From Octopus sinensis (lineage: Eukaryota): 28,922 bases of DNA. Location: assembly GCF_006345805.1 (NCBI RefSeq), contig NW_021833475.1, positions 1 through 28,922 on the forward strand. Reading direction: 5' to 3'. The notes under the pieces were generated by a model, which was not told the origin of the DNA, ran no database searches, and saw only the letters and a list, made by a program, of their open reading frames with translations. A program made the position numbers and the translations under genes. Shown piece after piece: positions 1-10,559 of this stretch; positions within the stretch are counted from its first letter, which is position 1; each line of letters opens with the position of its first letter.

Positions 1-357
1 GTAAAGAAAGACTACTGCTAAATAAACAGTGAAACAGAATGGCTATTAACGTTTCTTGCCGGCCACTAAGTGGAAGGGTGTATTTGTGTCTGTGTGTGTC
101 TCTGTAGCTGTGTATTGTTATAGTGTGTGCATGTGTGTCTCGATAAGGCAGCAATTTAGTGCTTATGTTTGCCTATGGAATACCATCGGGTGTGCGACTT
201 TAAAGAGGGTGCGAAAGTGTATGTGGAGTTTTGTAACTCGCCAAATGCCTGTCTCATTTATTCTGTCTCTCCCTCAATTTCTCTTTCTCACTCTCCCCTC
301 CTCTCTCTCCCAAAACGTACAAAGCGGGGAAGTTTATTTTCATGTGCGTGTGTAAAA

Positions 358-358
<1 letters not shown>

Positions 359-389
<31 letters not shown>
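359..389. repeat. (TG)n microsatellite
   Basis: Direct reading of the sequence. Confidence 0.95.
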
Positions 390-392
<3 letters not shown>

Positions 393-880
393 ATTATGAT
401 TGAAGATTCCGTTAGAAACGGAAGGAACTGAAGTTAAAGTACTCAATACGTGTGGTAGAGGAACTAACTGATGAAAAACCCCAGGAATGCAATAGTTCTA
501 GTTCTGTATAAGCCATTAATTATTAATTAACTAAACTTTTTATGCCTACTACACATGTGTGTGTGTGTGTGCATAAGTATGCATGCATCTATGTATGTAT
601 ATGTGCACACACACACACACATACACCCCACACACACAACCACACACACACACACACCACCACACATAATATAATAATATATATAGATATATATATATAT
701 ATGATATATATAATAATATATATATATATATATTTTCGCTTGGGCATAGCGATCCTAATACCTCGCAGTGTTAGATCTCAATACTCATATTCTCCAGAAT
801 AAAGTATTTGGCGAGTACAGAGCGCAATATGAAATAAAACAAATGACAAGGGAACTGAAACAAAATAAATCAACTTCAAT

Positions 881-924
881 AGCTTACAGCTGTTTCTGCT
901 ATTATATGTAGTTCACTCAGAGCT
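881..924 (-). ncRNA. Degenerate minimal type I hammerhead-ribozyme motif (PLE-type)
   Basis: Minus strand reads AGCU-CUGAGUGA-ACUACAUAUAAUAGCA-GAAAC-AGCU-GUA-AGCU. Stem I is AGCU/AGCU and stem III has a palindromic loop. The core has one extra nt relative to CUGANGA and stem II closure is imperfect. Confidence 0.55.
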
Positions 925-1309
925 GAGTACATGAGCATAAGTTTGTAACTTCTTAAGAGCTTCTAGATGCACTGCATTTTATAGCAGAAACAACTCCAAG
1001 CAAATAGACTTGATTACGTAATTCCTATTTCCTGGTTATTTATATACATTTTATATCTGAGTTTATGTGAGTTTGTATGTGTGTGAGAGAATGTGTGTGT
1101 GTGTTTGCATGTGTGTGCATGTGCGCGTATGTGTATGTAAATGTCCCGAAAGCCCCTGCTACGGGGATTTGTGCAGGACATTCCTAACATGACCTTCAAT
1201 CTTTCTCCCATATGTAAGAAACTCAAGACTGAGTTATTGCATTTCCAAAATGCTCTTTAAGGAGATGAGCCAACTATTTCCTACAGGGCGAGGGACCACA
1301 GAAATTCAT

Positions 1310-1690
1310 TTGTTTGGCTCTCATTATGAAGGTAGTAAGTAATGGCGGTTTAGGAAGGAGTAGACAAGGTAGTCGTAGACGGCGGTGGAAGGTGGGAATA
1401 GAAGAGGGTAGTCGTCTTGGTGGTGATGGCGATGTAGTAGCGGTAGTAGTGGTGGGGTTGGGTGGGGTGATGGGATTTTGGGGTTGGTGCTGGTCGGGGT
1501 GATGACAGCGGTAATGGTGGCAAAGGTGGTGATACCGTTGGAGGTAGTTCTTGTGACAACAATGGAGCGGATTGAATGAGGCGGGGGAGCCACGTTGGTG
1601 GTGACAGCGATGGGGATGTATTTATGGAGCAGATGGTGATGATTGTGATGGTGATAGTTGTAGGGATTGTGCTACGCTTAACAGTTCTAC
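1310..1690 (+). repeat. G-rich cryptic trinucleotide (GGT/GAT-like) low-complexity tract
   Basis: Degenerate GGT/GAT/GTA triplets; includes five closely spaced G-runs at 1454-1483. Confidence 0.7.
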
Positions 1691-2171
1691 AGAAACCTTT
1701 TCTTTTTCTTCTTTTTTTTTCATTCGTTAAACTATGACAACGACAAATGAACAGTACCTCCGTTTCTGATTGATACAAACATCCAATTTATGATCCCTAT
1801 TCAACTAGCCATCAAACCACCCAGCCGCCCACCCGAAAAAACTCCACCTCTTACTGCACCCCACTCCCACAAGCGGAAAGCCCTCCCCCAGCTTCTCACC
1901 TCCCACACGCTGAACATCAATTTTCAAATAATTCGTCCCTCTTTTCAGCACATTGTATATTTGTTTTATACTTCACACACAAACACACAAACACACACAC
2001 GCACATACACACACACACATACACACACATACACACCACTCATACACAAACACAAACTGTCATTCGTTAACACATCCTTACACATACTGTGAATGTGTGC
2101 GTGCGTGCGTGTGTGTGTGTGTGCGTGTGCAGTATATTTATTCAAGCATTTATAATACATATATATGTATG

Positions 2172-2176
<5 letters not shown>

Positions 2177-2233
<57 letters not shown>

Positions 2234-2272
2234 CACGTTCACGCGCGCGCGCACACACACACACACACACAC

Positions 2273-2305
<33 letters not shown>
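2177..2305. repeat. Compound microsatellite (TA)n(GA)n..(CG)5(CA)n
   Basis: Direct reading of the sequence. Confidence 0.95.
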
Positions 2306-2308
<3 letters not shown>

Positions 2309-3351
2309 AACACATATATTCGTAAGTATACATATACATAGGCATACATGCACACGTATTTCTTCTATAACCAAATATTGAATAGCTTTACATTTGAGCG
2401 ACTATGTTACCATCGTGTACACATTGTTGGGCAGTTCTAGAGCAGACGATGTTATTATAAATTAGGGAGAGAGCAAAGGAACAAAACAAGGTCAGCATAA
2501 AACGAATACATAAACCATATATGGCGTCTATATTTGAACTTATTTTCCATACATAAGCAACATGCGTCTGCACACACACACACGCACACATACACACACA
2601 CAATTTCAGACACACACAGATTCGCACAAACATTCACATGTACATATAGCTTTGTTTATTTCTGATTCACACATTACTGATCCGGGATAACATTGTACGC
2701 TCAATTGTGAACCATGTTACGCTTATCACAGATTGATCTGTGATAACACGGGTCGGTAATCAGTCAAAGATTCTAGTTATACCACAAAAATGCACCCTGG
2801 CAACCACCCACAATGCTCAGTTATCCAAAATTCACTGACTGTCGACTGTGTTTGCATAACCGTACTATGTGGCAGCATACTTTTTAATACAGATTTACAT
2901 ATTCGTTCCTATCGACATGGACTAATGAATAGAAAAAAGTACAACGACACGTACCTTGTCCTAATAAACGAGGCAGATGAGTGTTCTTTTCAGGAAATGG
3001 TAAAGATGATTAAGAAAATATGTGACGGTGAAAGCTTCGCCACTCTGGGCTGCAAGTGTGACGTCAATGAATTTGCCATTTGATCCATTTACAAAGTACG
3101 TATAGATGTTTAATTAAACATTTATCACTGAACATTTATGTACACGATAAAAAATTTCATGATGGATGAAGGCATGAGTAAGCTCTCTTAATACTTGCTG
3201 CAAGTGACACCCATAGTTGCAACATCTGTGTGAAAGAGGGTTGGGCCCTAGTAGGAATGAAAAGCAACAAACTCACGTTTAAAAGAACAATCAAACGATG
3301 GCATTGCTCAAACTCTGGTTACAGCTATGTATGTATGTATGTATGTATGTA

Positions 3352-3775
3352 CTCTCTTCTACTTTCTGGTTATTATAAATCTTCCACTGAGGAGGGAGCC
3401 GGTTTCCAACAAAGATGCAAAGCTCCATCTTTGGGATGTTGTTAACACAGACAATTTCATATTTGGAACTTGAGAAAAAATCTTGCTAATTTTACTGTTC
3501 CACTCACAGATTGCCCTTGTAATGTACGAATTAGCCGGTTGATTTCTCTTTCTGAAAATCCCAGTTTATCCAGATTCTCCTTTAAGCATTTACTAACAAA
3601 ACTTAGAGCTCCAATTATTATTCGTATGAATATGAATTCATAGTCTGGATATATAAGCTTGAAATTTCGAAGCAGTCCATAGATGTCCTATTTTTCTTTG
3701 TTTTTCAAGGAGATATTTATATCTGCAGGACTACTGACCTCCATGATGGTGCATACCTTTGCCCCTCTGTCTCTA
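3352..3775 (-). mobile_element. 5'-truncated non-LTR retrotransposon 3' end, R4/Dong-like (restriction-like endonuclease clade)
   Basis: Contains the RLE-like reading frame at 3457-3771 and a 3' UTR of about 100 nt running into (TACA)n on the minus strand. Both flanks are (TATG)n. Confidence 0.7.
3457..3771 (-). pseudogene. C-terminal restriction-like endonuclease domain relic, one internal stop
   Basis: Manual translation: DRGAKVCTIMEVSSPADINISLKNKEK*DIYGLLRNFKLIYPDYEFIFIRIIIGALSFVSKCLKENLDKLGFSEREINRLIRTLQGQSVSGTVKLARFFLKFQI*. It resembles the (PD)..E/DVxxPxDxN..K.EK...Y..L.....PIIIGALG pattern of R4/Dong/NeSL endonucleases. Confidence 0.7.
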
Positions 3776-3776
3776 T

Positions 3777-3837
3777 TGTATGTATGTATGTATGTATGTA
3801 TGTATGTATGTATGTATGTATGTATGTATGTATGTAT
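3777..3837. repeat. (TATG)n microsatellite
   Basis: Direct reading of the sequence. Confidence 0.95.
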
Positions 3838-3950
3838 GCATACATCCCCTATTTATGTATGTATTTATTGTATGTATGTATAAATCCCCTATTTATATAT
3901 GTGTGTATGTAAGTGTTTATGCATGTATGTATACATGTATGTATGTATGT

Positions 3951-4031
3951 CTCTTCTATTTTTTTAATTATTGTAAATCTTCCACTGAGGAGGGAGCTGG
4001 TTTCCATTAAAGATACAAGACTCCATCTTTG
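3951..4031 (-). mobile_element. Second, UTR-only copy of the R4/Dong-like 3' end
   Basis: ctcttcta...aaatcttccactgaggagggagc.ggtttcca..aaagat.caa..ctccatctttg matches 3354-3433 and again abuts (TATG)n. Confidence 0.7.
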
Positions 4032-4080
4032 TAAGTGTGTGTATGTATATATGCATGTATATATTCTTTTATTCTGTTAT

Positions 4081-4275
4081 TCTTTTGCTTGTTTCAGTCA
4101 TTTGACTGCGGCCATGCTGGATCACCGCCTTTAGTCGAACAAATCAAACCCAGGACTTGTTCTTTGTAAGCCTAGTACTTATTCTATCGGTTTCTTTTGC
4201 TGAACCGCTAAGTTACGGGGACGTAAACACACCAACATCGGTGTCAAGCGATGGTGGGGGACAAACAGACACAAA
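4081..4275 (-). mobile_element. tRNA-derived SINE (family A), 3' half
   Basis: gtttcagtcatttgactgcggccatgctgg...tagtacttattctatcgg...ccgctaagttacggggacgtaaac matches the copies at 12852, 20381, 20788 and 25085. Followed by (ACAT)n at 4275-4332. Confidence 0.9.
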
Positions 4276-4303
4276 TACATACATACATACATACATACAT
4301 ACA

Positions 4304-4334
<31 letters not shown>

Positions 4335-4439
4335 GTAATATATATCCTATCTGTCTCTCTCTTCTAGCTTTTCTCTTGTCACAGAAAATATTTCTCCAGA
4401 GGTCGCTATTTTAATTTCGTTTGGTCTAACGACCCTACA

Positions 4440-5335
4440 TCTCTGTCTTCGTTCGGTTTCCTTGTATCTCTCCACTGTCCTGTTTTTGTTACCATCTTTT
4501 ACCCTCTGCAAAACCCAAATTTTATTTTGGTTTTCGCGGGAGCAACTGCCTTCGAAGACTCTTATTGTCGTTCAATGCTCGAAATGAGGAGTAGATAGCC
4601 GACTACTGACTAAGAGTCGTTCTTTATGTTACTTGTTTTTCATTTGCTCCTCTTGTTGTTTGCGTAGCAATTCATTTCTTTTCATGCAATAAAGGGTGGA
4701 ATATAATTAATTTAATAAAATTAATCAATTTCACCTAGTAGATTTATCGGTATGGAAAAGACCATATTTGATAAGGGTTATAATAATTATAATTAAGGGT
4801 TAAATGCAACAAGTTGCTCAAAACCACATACCGAAAATATTAGAAATAGCAGCCAAAATTGATCACTATTTCCTCTACTAATAAAAAGTCTCCACAAACA
4901 AACAGAATTTGTAAGCTGTATATGGCAAAAAAGGCAGAAAATAACGAAATCCCAGCCTATGGATTAATTATAGACGACTCGTTTCTGGATTAGAACCGAA
5001 GGTTCATTTCCAAGTCAATATAATATTTCCTATAGATCTAGAAATGCTAGGGGAAAAACTCACCCGTTACACCAGCACGACCAGCGACATCGGACGGGTT
5101 AACGGAACTGCTAGCATTCCTACACCTATGCAGGCATGCGAATTAATATTTCCCTCTACACCTATGCAGACATGCGAAGTGGGAAATATGGATGGACAGC
5201 CGACAACTGATGAAGAATCGTTCTTTATGTTACTTGTCCTATTTTTTATTTGTTCTTCTCGTTGTTTGCGTATCAACTCATTTGTTTTCGTATTTTATGT
5301 GGTTTACGGTTTGTGACGTCCTGTACCCATATATG
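4440..5335 (+). mobile_element. Composite Penelope-like relic with duplicated terminal unit
   Basis: 4590-4690 and about 5190-5290 are diverged direct repeats (agccgac.actga..aaga.tcgttctttatgttacttgt). Between them 4830-4950 encodes KILEIA...NRICKLYMAKKAE, resembling the PLE C-terminal KWKIL...CxLCxAEK motif. A decayed hammerhead-like motif lies at 4545-4600. Confidence 0.5.
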
Positions 5336-5353
5336 CATATATATATATATATA

Positions 5354-5383
<30 letters not shown>

Positions 5384-5386
<3 letters not shown>

Positions 5387-5422
5387 GACGGGCTTCTTTC
5401 AGTTTCCGACTCCTGCGCCTGT
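5384..5422 (-). mobile_element. Internally collapsed SINE family A fragment
   Basis: tacgacgggcttctttcagtttccg (internal segment) is fused directly to actcctgcgcct (extreme 5' end of the head on the minus strand). Confidence 0.7.
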
Positions 5423-6606
5423 ATTATGCAGTTGTGATAGGCATGGCTGATATACCTTTGATCATAGTTTCGCTCGAACAAAACTGACCTGGACTTAAAC
5501 AGTGACAGACATGGATAGATTTGAATAGTGGAGACGGTGAAATATGTGTCTACTGTTCAGTCTGTCTTATAGCGTATTTGAATGTAATGTGTGGTCTTCA
5601 TCCAGAAGGAAGTATTGGTGTGTCTGGAAAAGTAGCTTTGGAGATCATACCTCAGCGACCACTGTACGCACGGGGTTTCGTAGCAATTCTCTGTAGCTAT
5701 TTCTCATTTATTCGACCATTTCTTTTCTCATTCCTTTCTTCCTCTCCACCATCCTATCCCGCTCTCTCCGTACTCAAACACTTACTACTTCCATGCAAAC
5801 CTACGTGCATATACACGTACACTAACATGAATAAACGTCTTGACATACAAAATCTCTGTTTAAGATTTCATTTATAGAAATTCTTAATTATCTCTGTGGT
5901 ATGTGTAGGTATTTAACACATGGGTTGGTAGGCGTAGATAAAAGGTCAGTGTGGCCCACTGAGGGCCATCTCCGCCCACTCTTGTTCTTCAATGTGTTTT
6001 ATTTCTATAGAACCACTGTTAAACATTAATAAATTGGTATTAGCAGGGAGATACAGATGCATGGACATATGTCCGTGTGTGTGTGTGTGTGTGTTTATAA
6101 TGAATAGAGAGTGAAGAAAAGAGTGTAATTAAAGGGAGAGATATGAGAAAGAAGGGGAGGGTTAAGTGTAAAATGAAAAGTGAGCAAGATAAGAAGCAAA
6201 TGACTGTACTTGTGTCAGTGTGTTTTGATGTAAGTGTGAATGCGTGTATATATGAGTGCCTATTGTAGCAAGTGTGTACGTGTATGTGTGTGTGTGTGTC
6301 TGTGCGCGAGCGCGAGTGTATGCGTTATGAAAGAAACAGAGGTAAACATCAAACTAGAGATGGAGAGATAAAGAAAGAGAAAGACGGAGTAAGAGAGAGG
6401 GACTTTAAGGTAAATGCCATGTGATCAAATGAAGAAATAAATAGTTTGCACTGCTCTGTGTGCATGTGTGTGTGTGCGCGCGTGTATGTGGATGTTTGTG
6501 TGTGTCAGTGTGTGCATATGTATATGTATGTAGTTATGCATGTACGTATACACACACATATTTAAGGAGAAAGAGGCGTATATATATGAGTGTGCGTGTG
6601 TGTGTA

Positions 6607-6645
<39 letters not shown>

Positions 6646-7230
6646 GTATATGTTTATTTACACAAATACAGGTATATCTAATACCATACAAAATAAATTT
6701 GTTATCTACGAAAAGGATCTCTGCGACTAGATGTGTCACAACTGCCAAATGGTGACTGAGATCAGCTCCATATAAGAAAGGGAGAAAATCTCAAGAATCA
6801 CGATTTCTCCAAAGTTGACACGATTCAAAGGAAAAGAATTGGCTTATTGTCTAGAGGTAAGTGGACAATTATGGACATATGTTTCTGTCTTTATAAGTGT
6901 CATAAGCACGTGAATTGTCCTAATTTCTAATTTCTTTTATTGAGTACAATGGCGTACATAAAAACACATATCGTACGAAATTATGGATACAATGAAAAAT
7001 GAGGATGGAATGACTTACCCACCACTCTAAATACATTCTTCATTTTCGCAATCTTTTTTTCTACCTCTACACTTTTTGTGTATTGTATCATATTTCTTAC
7101 TTGTTTTCCTTTCGGTCTCTCTCTCTCTCTGGTTTTCTTCACCAATCTCTTCTACTGTTGCTAGTATTTCTATCTCTATATGTCTCTCATTCTTTATTGT
7201 TATCATTTCTCTTTTATCTTCCCAATCAGC

Positions 7231-7960
7231 CAATCTGGTCCTTCCAGATATTTTGAAAATGACCGGGTGTAGGTACCCGGTGATTCTTGAGGGTCACCCC
7301 CCCCCCAGGTGTCTGGAGCCTGGCCGTATAAAGAAAAACTGTCCCCAGGAACAAAGTGAGGTCCTGGAGCAGTTGGTTGAAACCTCTGTAGAAGAGGGAA
7401 TGAAGGCGGCCGAGGAGGGGAAGGACTCCTCAAAGAAGGGCCGCGAGAGGAAGAAGGTGAGCAACAATGGGTGCTCACCGAAGGATCCTAGGGATGAGGG
7501 AGTGGAGGTGAATATCCCAGTCACGTGGGAAGAAAAAATAAGAGGAAGAGAAACGGGACATTGCCGGCAGTCGGTGACATTGTACCGGAATGTCCCGGAA
7601 CCTAGTCGGTAGCGAAGAAACACCACTGTCGGGAATTGTGCCGCCAACGATGGAATTGACTATCCACCCCCAGAGGGAGACGAATTATTGGTCTTCTTCT
7701 ATTGAGGCGGAGAGGTAGAAAAGGTGGTGGAAAAGCACCATAAGGGAGCACCTTTAGCCTGCACACAGGATCCCAAATGGCCTCCGCGGATAGCTGTGGA
7801 GGTCATAATGTTGCCCGTGATGTATAGGCTGAAGGGACTCATTGAGGAATATCGCTTGTGGCCGGGCGGTGCCGACACGGCATACGCTTTGATCTTGAAT
7901 GAGGTGTGGGTGATGGGGGGGTATGCGGGCACAAGCGATGTTGAGGAGGAATAGTGATAA
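7231..7960 (+). mobile_element. GC-rich relic, probably ORF1 (gag-like) of an L1/Tx1-type LINE
   Basis: LPDILKMTGCRYPVILEGHPPPRCLEPGRIKKNCP resembles a decayed CCHC knuckle (CxxC..GH..xxCP) with its usual preceding P(V/I)xxEG.PP motif, followed by a charged low-complexity linker and stops. A weak LNI..(N)CRGL endonuclease-start-like motif follows near 8050-8080. Confidence 0.45.
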
Positions 7961-8224
7961 GAAGTTGAAAAGCCTCAGTCTTATTGAAAGTTCCGAGTTT
8001 GGAAAGAAAGTTAAGAGGCTTAGCGCCTCATTTTGTTACTGAATTTTGTTATTGAATATTGTGAACAGTGTAGAGGTTTGTTGCCTCATGAACAATATAC
8101 AAGAGATCAATGTTCTCGGGAAAAATCGATCGGCGGGCGTCGCTTTTTTGCCCCCATTAATCAACATTTTCATTTCATATAACATTATAAGCCCGCAGCT
8201 TCCTTTCTCTGTGTAAGGCCTTAT

Positions 8225-8615
8225 GGCCAATATAATGAAATAAAGAAGCTTGCTTCACAACCAGATAATTCCGGATTCAGTCCCACGACGTGGAACGTTA
8301 GGCAAGTGTCTTTTGGGGCTAACCAAAGCCTTCTGAGTGGATTTGGTGGATGGGAACTGTAAGAATCCCATCAAATATCTATAATATATATGTTTGTGTG
8401 TGTGTATGTGTGTGTGTGTCAGTCCGTTTGTCTGTGTTTGTCCCCACCTCCGCTTGACAACCAGTATTGGTGTCTTTACATCCCCTTAGTTTAGCGGTTC
8501 GGCAAAAGACCGATAGAATAAGAATTGGGGTCGATTCGTTCGACTAAAATTTTGCAAGAAGGTGCCCCAGAATGGTCGCAGTATAATAGCTAAAACAAGT
8601 AACAGATAGAAGATA
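8225..8615 (+). mobile_element. tRNA-derived SINE (family A), near full length, diverged
   Basis: Head with B-box-like ggattcagtccc, then ggcaagtgtc, internal (TG)n, ttagcggttcggcaaaagaccgatagaataag and ggggtcgattcgttcgactaaa. Confidence 0.85.
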
Positions 8616-8750
8616 AAAACAGTTATACATACATATTACATACATAAATATATGGATATGTATGTATATAAATATATGTATATATAAATATGTGTATATA
8701 TGTACTTATACACATATATATACACACATCGGTATATGTATGTGTTTGTA

Positions 8751-8805
<55 letters not shown>
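8751..8805. repeat. (TCTA)n microsatellite
   Basis: Direct reading of the sequence. Confidence 0.95.
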
Positions 8806-9029
8806 GTGTCACTTTTTCTTTATATATGTGTGTGCGTGTACGCGCACGCGAGTGTGTGCATCATACAAAAACAAGCAGAGAGGTCAGTTCAGACAATTAG
8901 AAGTGACCATTGGTGGTTAGACAGGAAACAGCAGGAAAGAGAGGATGACATCAAACAACAAAGGCGTCTTTCTCAAATTACTTGCACCAACAGCTTTATT
9001 ATTACTAACTACGATATCATCACCACCAA

Positions 9030-9191
9030 GAACAACACGACTACAACGCTACTACTACTACTGCTACTTCGACTACTATCACCAAATCTGGGACAATTGT
9101 TTGCTGCTAGTCATGATGATGATGTTGACGCCGACGACGACGGTGAGGAGGAGGCGGAGGATGAGGGTGATGAGGAGGAGGATGAGAAGGG

Positions 9192-9252
<61 letters not shown>

Positions 9253-9300
9253 AGGCGGAGGAGGAGGCCGAGAAAGACGATGACGGTGTTGGTACTGATG
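9030..9300. repeat. Trinucleotide low-complexity tract containing perfect (GAT)20 at 9193-9252
   Basis: CTA, GAC, GAG and GAT triplet runs. Confidence 0.9.
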
Positions 9301-10200
9301 ATGCTTCACTACCTGCTGTTAGAAATTTCACACTTGGTGATTTACAAAAAGATACTAATAGAGATAAAACAGAGCTTGTTAAGAGGGAGGTGGGGAAATG
9401 ACCTGCGCCAGCAAGCAGAATGTTGATAGAGAACGGACATAAGAGAATGTTTAAGGTAAACGAAAGGAGGGCGGTGAATGTGACGTTTCATGGGTCGTAG
9501 GTCTTGCGGAGTGGAGTGCAAGAGTGTACGTATGCGTGTTTTTGAAGGCGATGGGGGTGAGTGGGGGTTGAGTCGAAATGACTAAAGACATGGTGATTTG
9601 CAGCGGCCATAGGGCGTGAGTAACAAAGAAATACAGGAACGCCAATGAAAACATTAAGACATATGGTGGAAGTTTTGATGGGTGGCAAGAAAGATATTTA
9701 TATAGTATACATTGTATTTGATGTTGTTGTTGTTCGTATATTTATGTTGTTGTTCGTATATTTATGTTGTTGTTGTTTGTTGTTGTTACTGCTGCTGTTT
9801 TGGTACCCCTTCTTCCCCTCATCAGGTCAACACAGATCAAGCGAGACTTTGTTTTTTCTATTCCGATGAACACATGTTTCATACAGTATGTATTTTTAAT
9901 TGACTGCAATTGTTGTATCTCTATTTCACAAGATGTTAATTTGTCCCTTGCATGTTCTTGGATGTTAAGTGTAGTCTTAACATCCAAGACTACACTTTTT
10001 CTAGAAGTGTTGGGCACGCTGTTCTTTGCAAACGGTGATATTTGTTGAGAGATGTCTTTAGCTGAGTCTTGAAACAGTCTTAATTAGATTACATACGTGC
10101 ATACATGCACACAGACATACATACATACATAGATACATACACACAGACATACATACACGCACACATATATCTATCTATTTATCTATCTACATATACATAA

Positions 10201-10240
<40 letters not shown>

Positions 10241-10399
10241 ACACACAGATTGCTTAGGTATGTTTAGAATGTTATAAGAAATATATTGACATTTGTCTTA
10301 TTCATTATATGCACACAAGACGATAATTCTTCCCTTCATCTATCACCACTTTTTTCCTGTCTGAAGATGTATTTGTTTGGTTGGTTAGTAAAGCACAGA

Positions 10400-10540
10400 C
10401 ATAGGTGAATGGTGAAGTGCAATTCCTAGTCACAATGTCCCAGACTCGATCCCGCAGCAATCCACTTTTGGCAAATGTATTCTATCATAGTCTCAGGTCT
10501 GTCTAAACGTTCTAAATGAAATTGCAGACAAAAATTTACA
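10400..10540 (+). mobile_element. Highly degenerate SINE family A head
   Basis: gactcgatccc...ttttggcaaatgtattctatcatagtctcagg aligns loosely to the ggttcagtccc...cttgggcaagtgtcttctactatagcctcggg consensus seen in other copies. Confidence 0.4.
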
Positions 10541-10559
10541 AAAGACTATCGGATAGACA

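Noticed and set aside
2790-3083. 97-aa ORF with a faint RT-like KYNDTYLVL motif
   Set aside because: No convincing YADD/YVDD context or neighbouring motifs. A profile search would be needed.
6770-6862. Perfect donor AG|GTAAGT at 6857 with an upstream open frame
   Set aside because: No polypyrimidine acceptor upstream and the peptide is not recognised.
7076-7230. Hydrophobic N-terminus of the 178-aa ORF (membrane-protein-like)
   Set aside because: A pyrimidine-rich low-complexity tract fortuitously in frame with the LINE-like relic.
8662-9426. 254-aa ORF with a poly-Asp/Glu tract
   Set aside because: Built from (TA), (TCTA), (CTA) and (GAT) repeats. The overlapping frames give poly-M, poly-H and poly-I, and there is no recognisable domain or splice structure.
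9725-9774. 20-bp tandem repeat tgttgttgttcgtatattta
   Set aside because: An ordinary slippage product within a (TGT)n tract.
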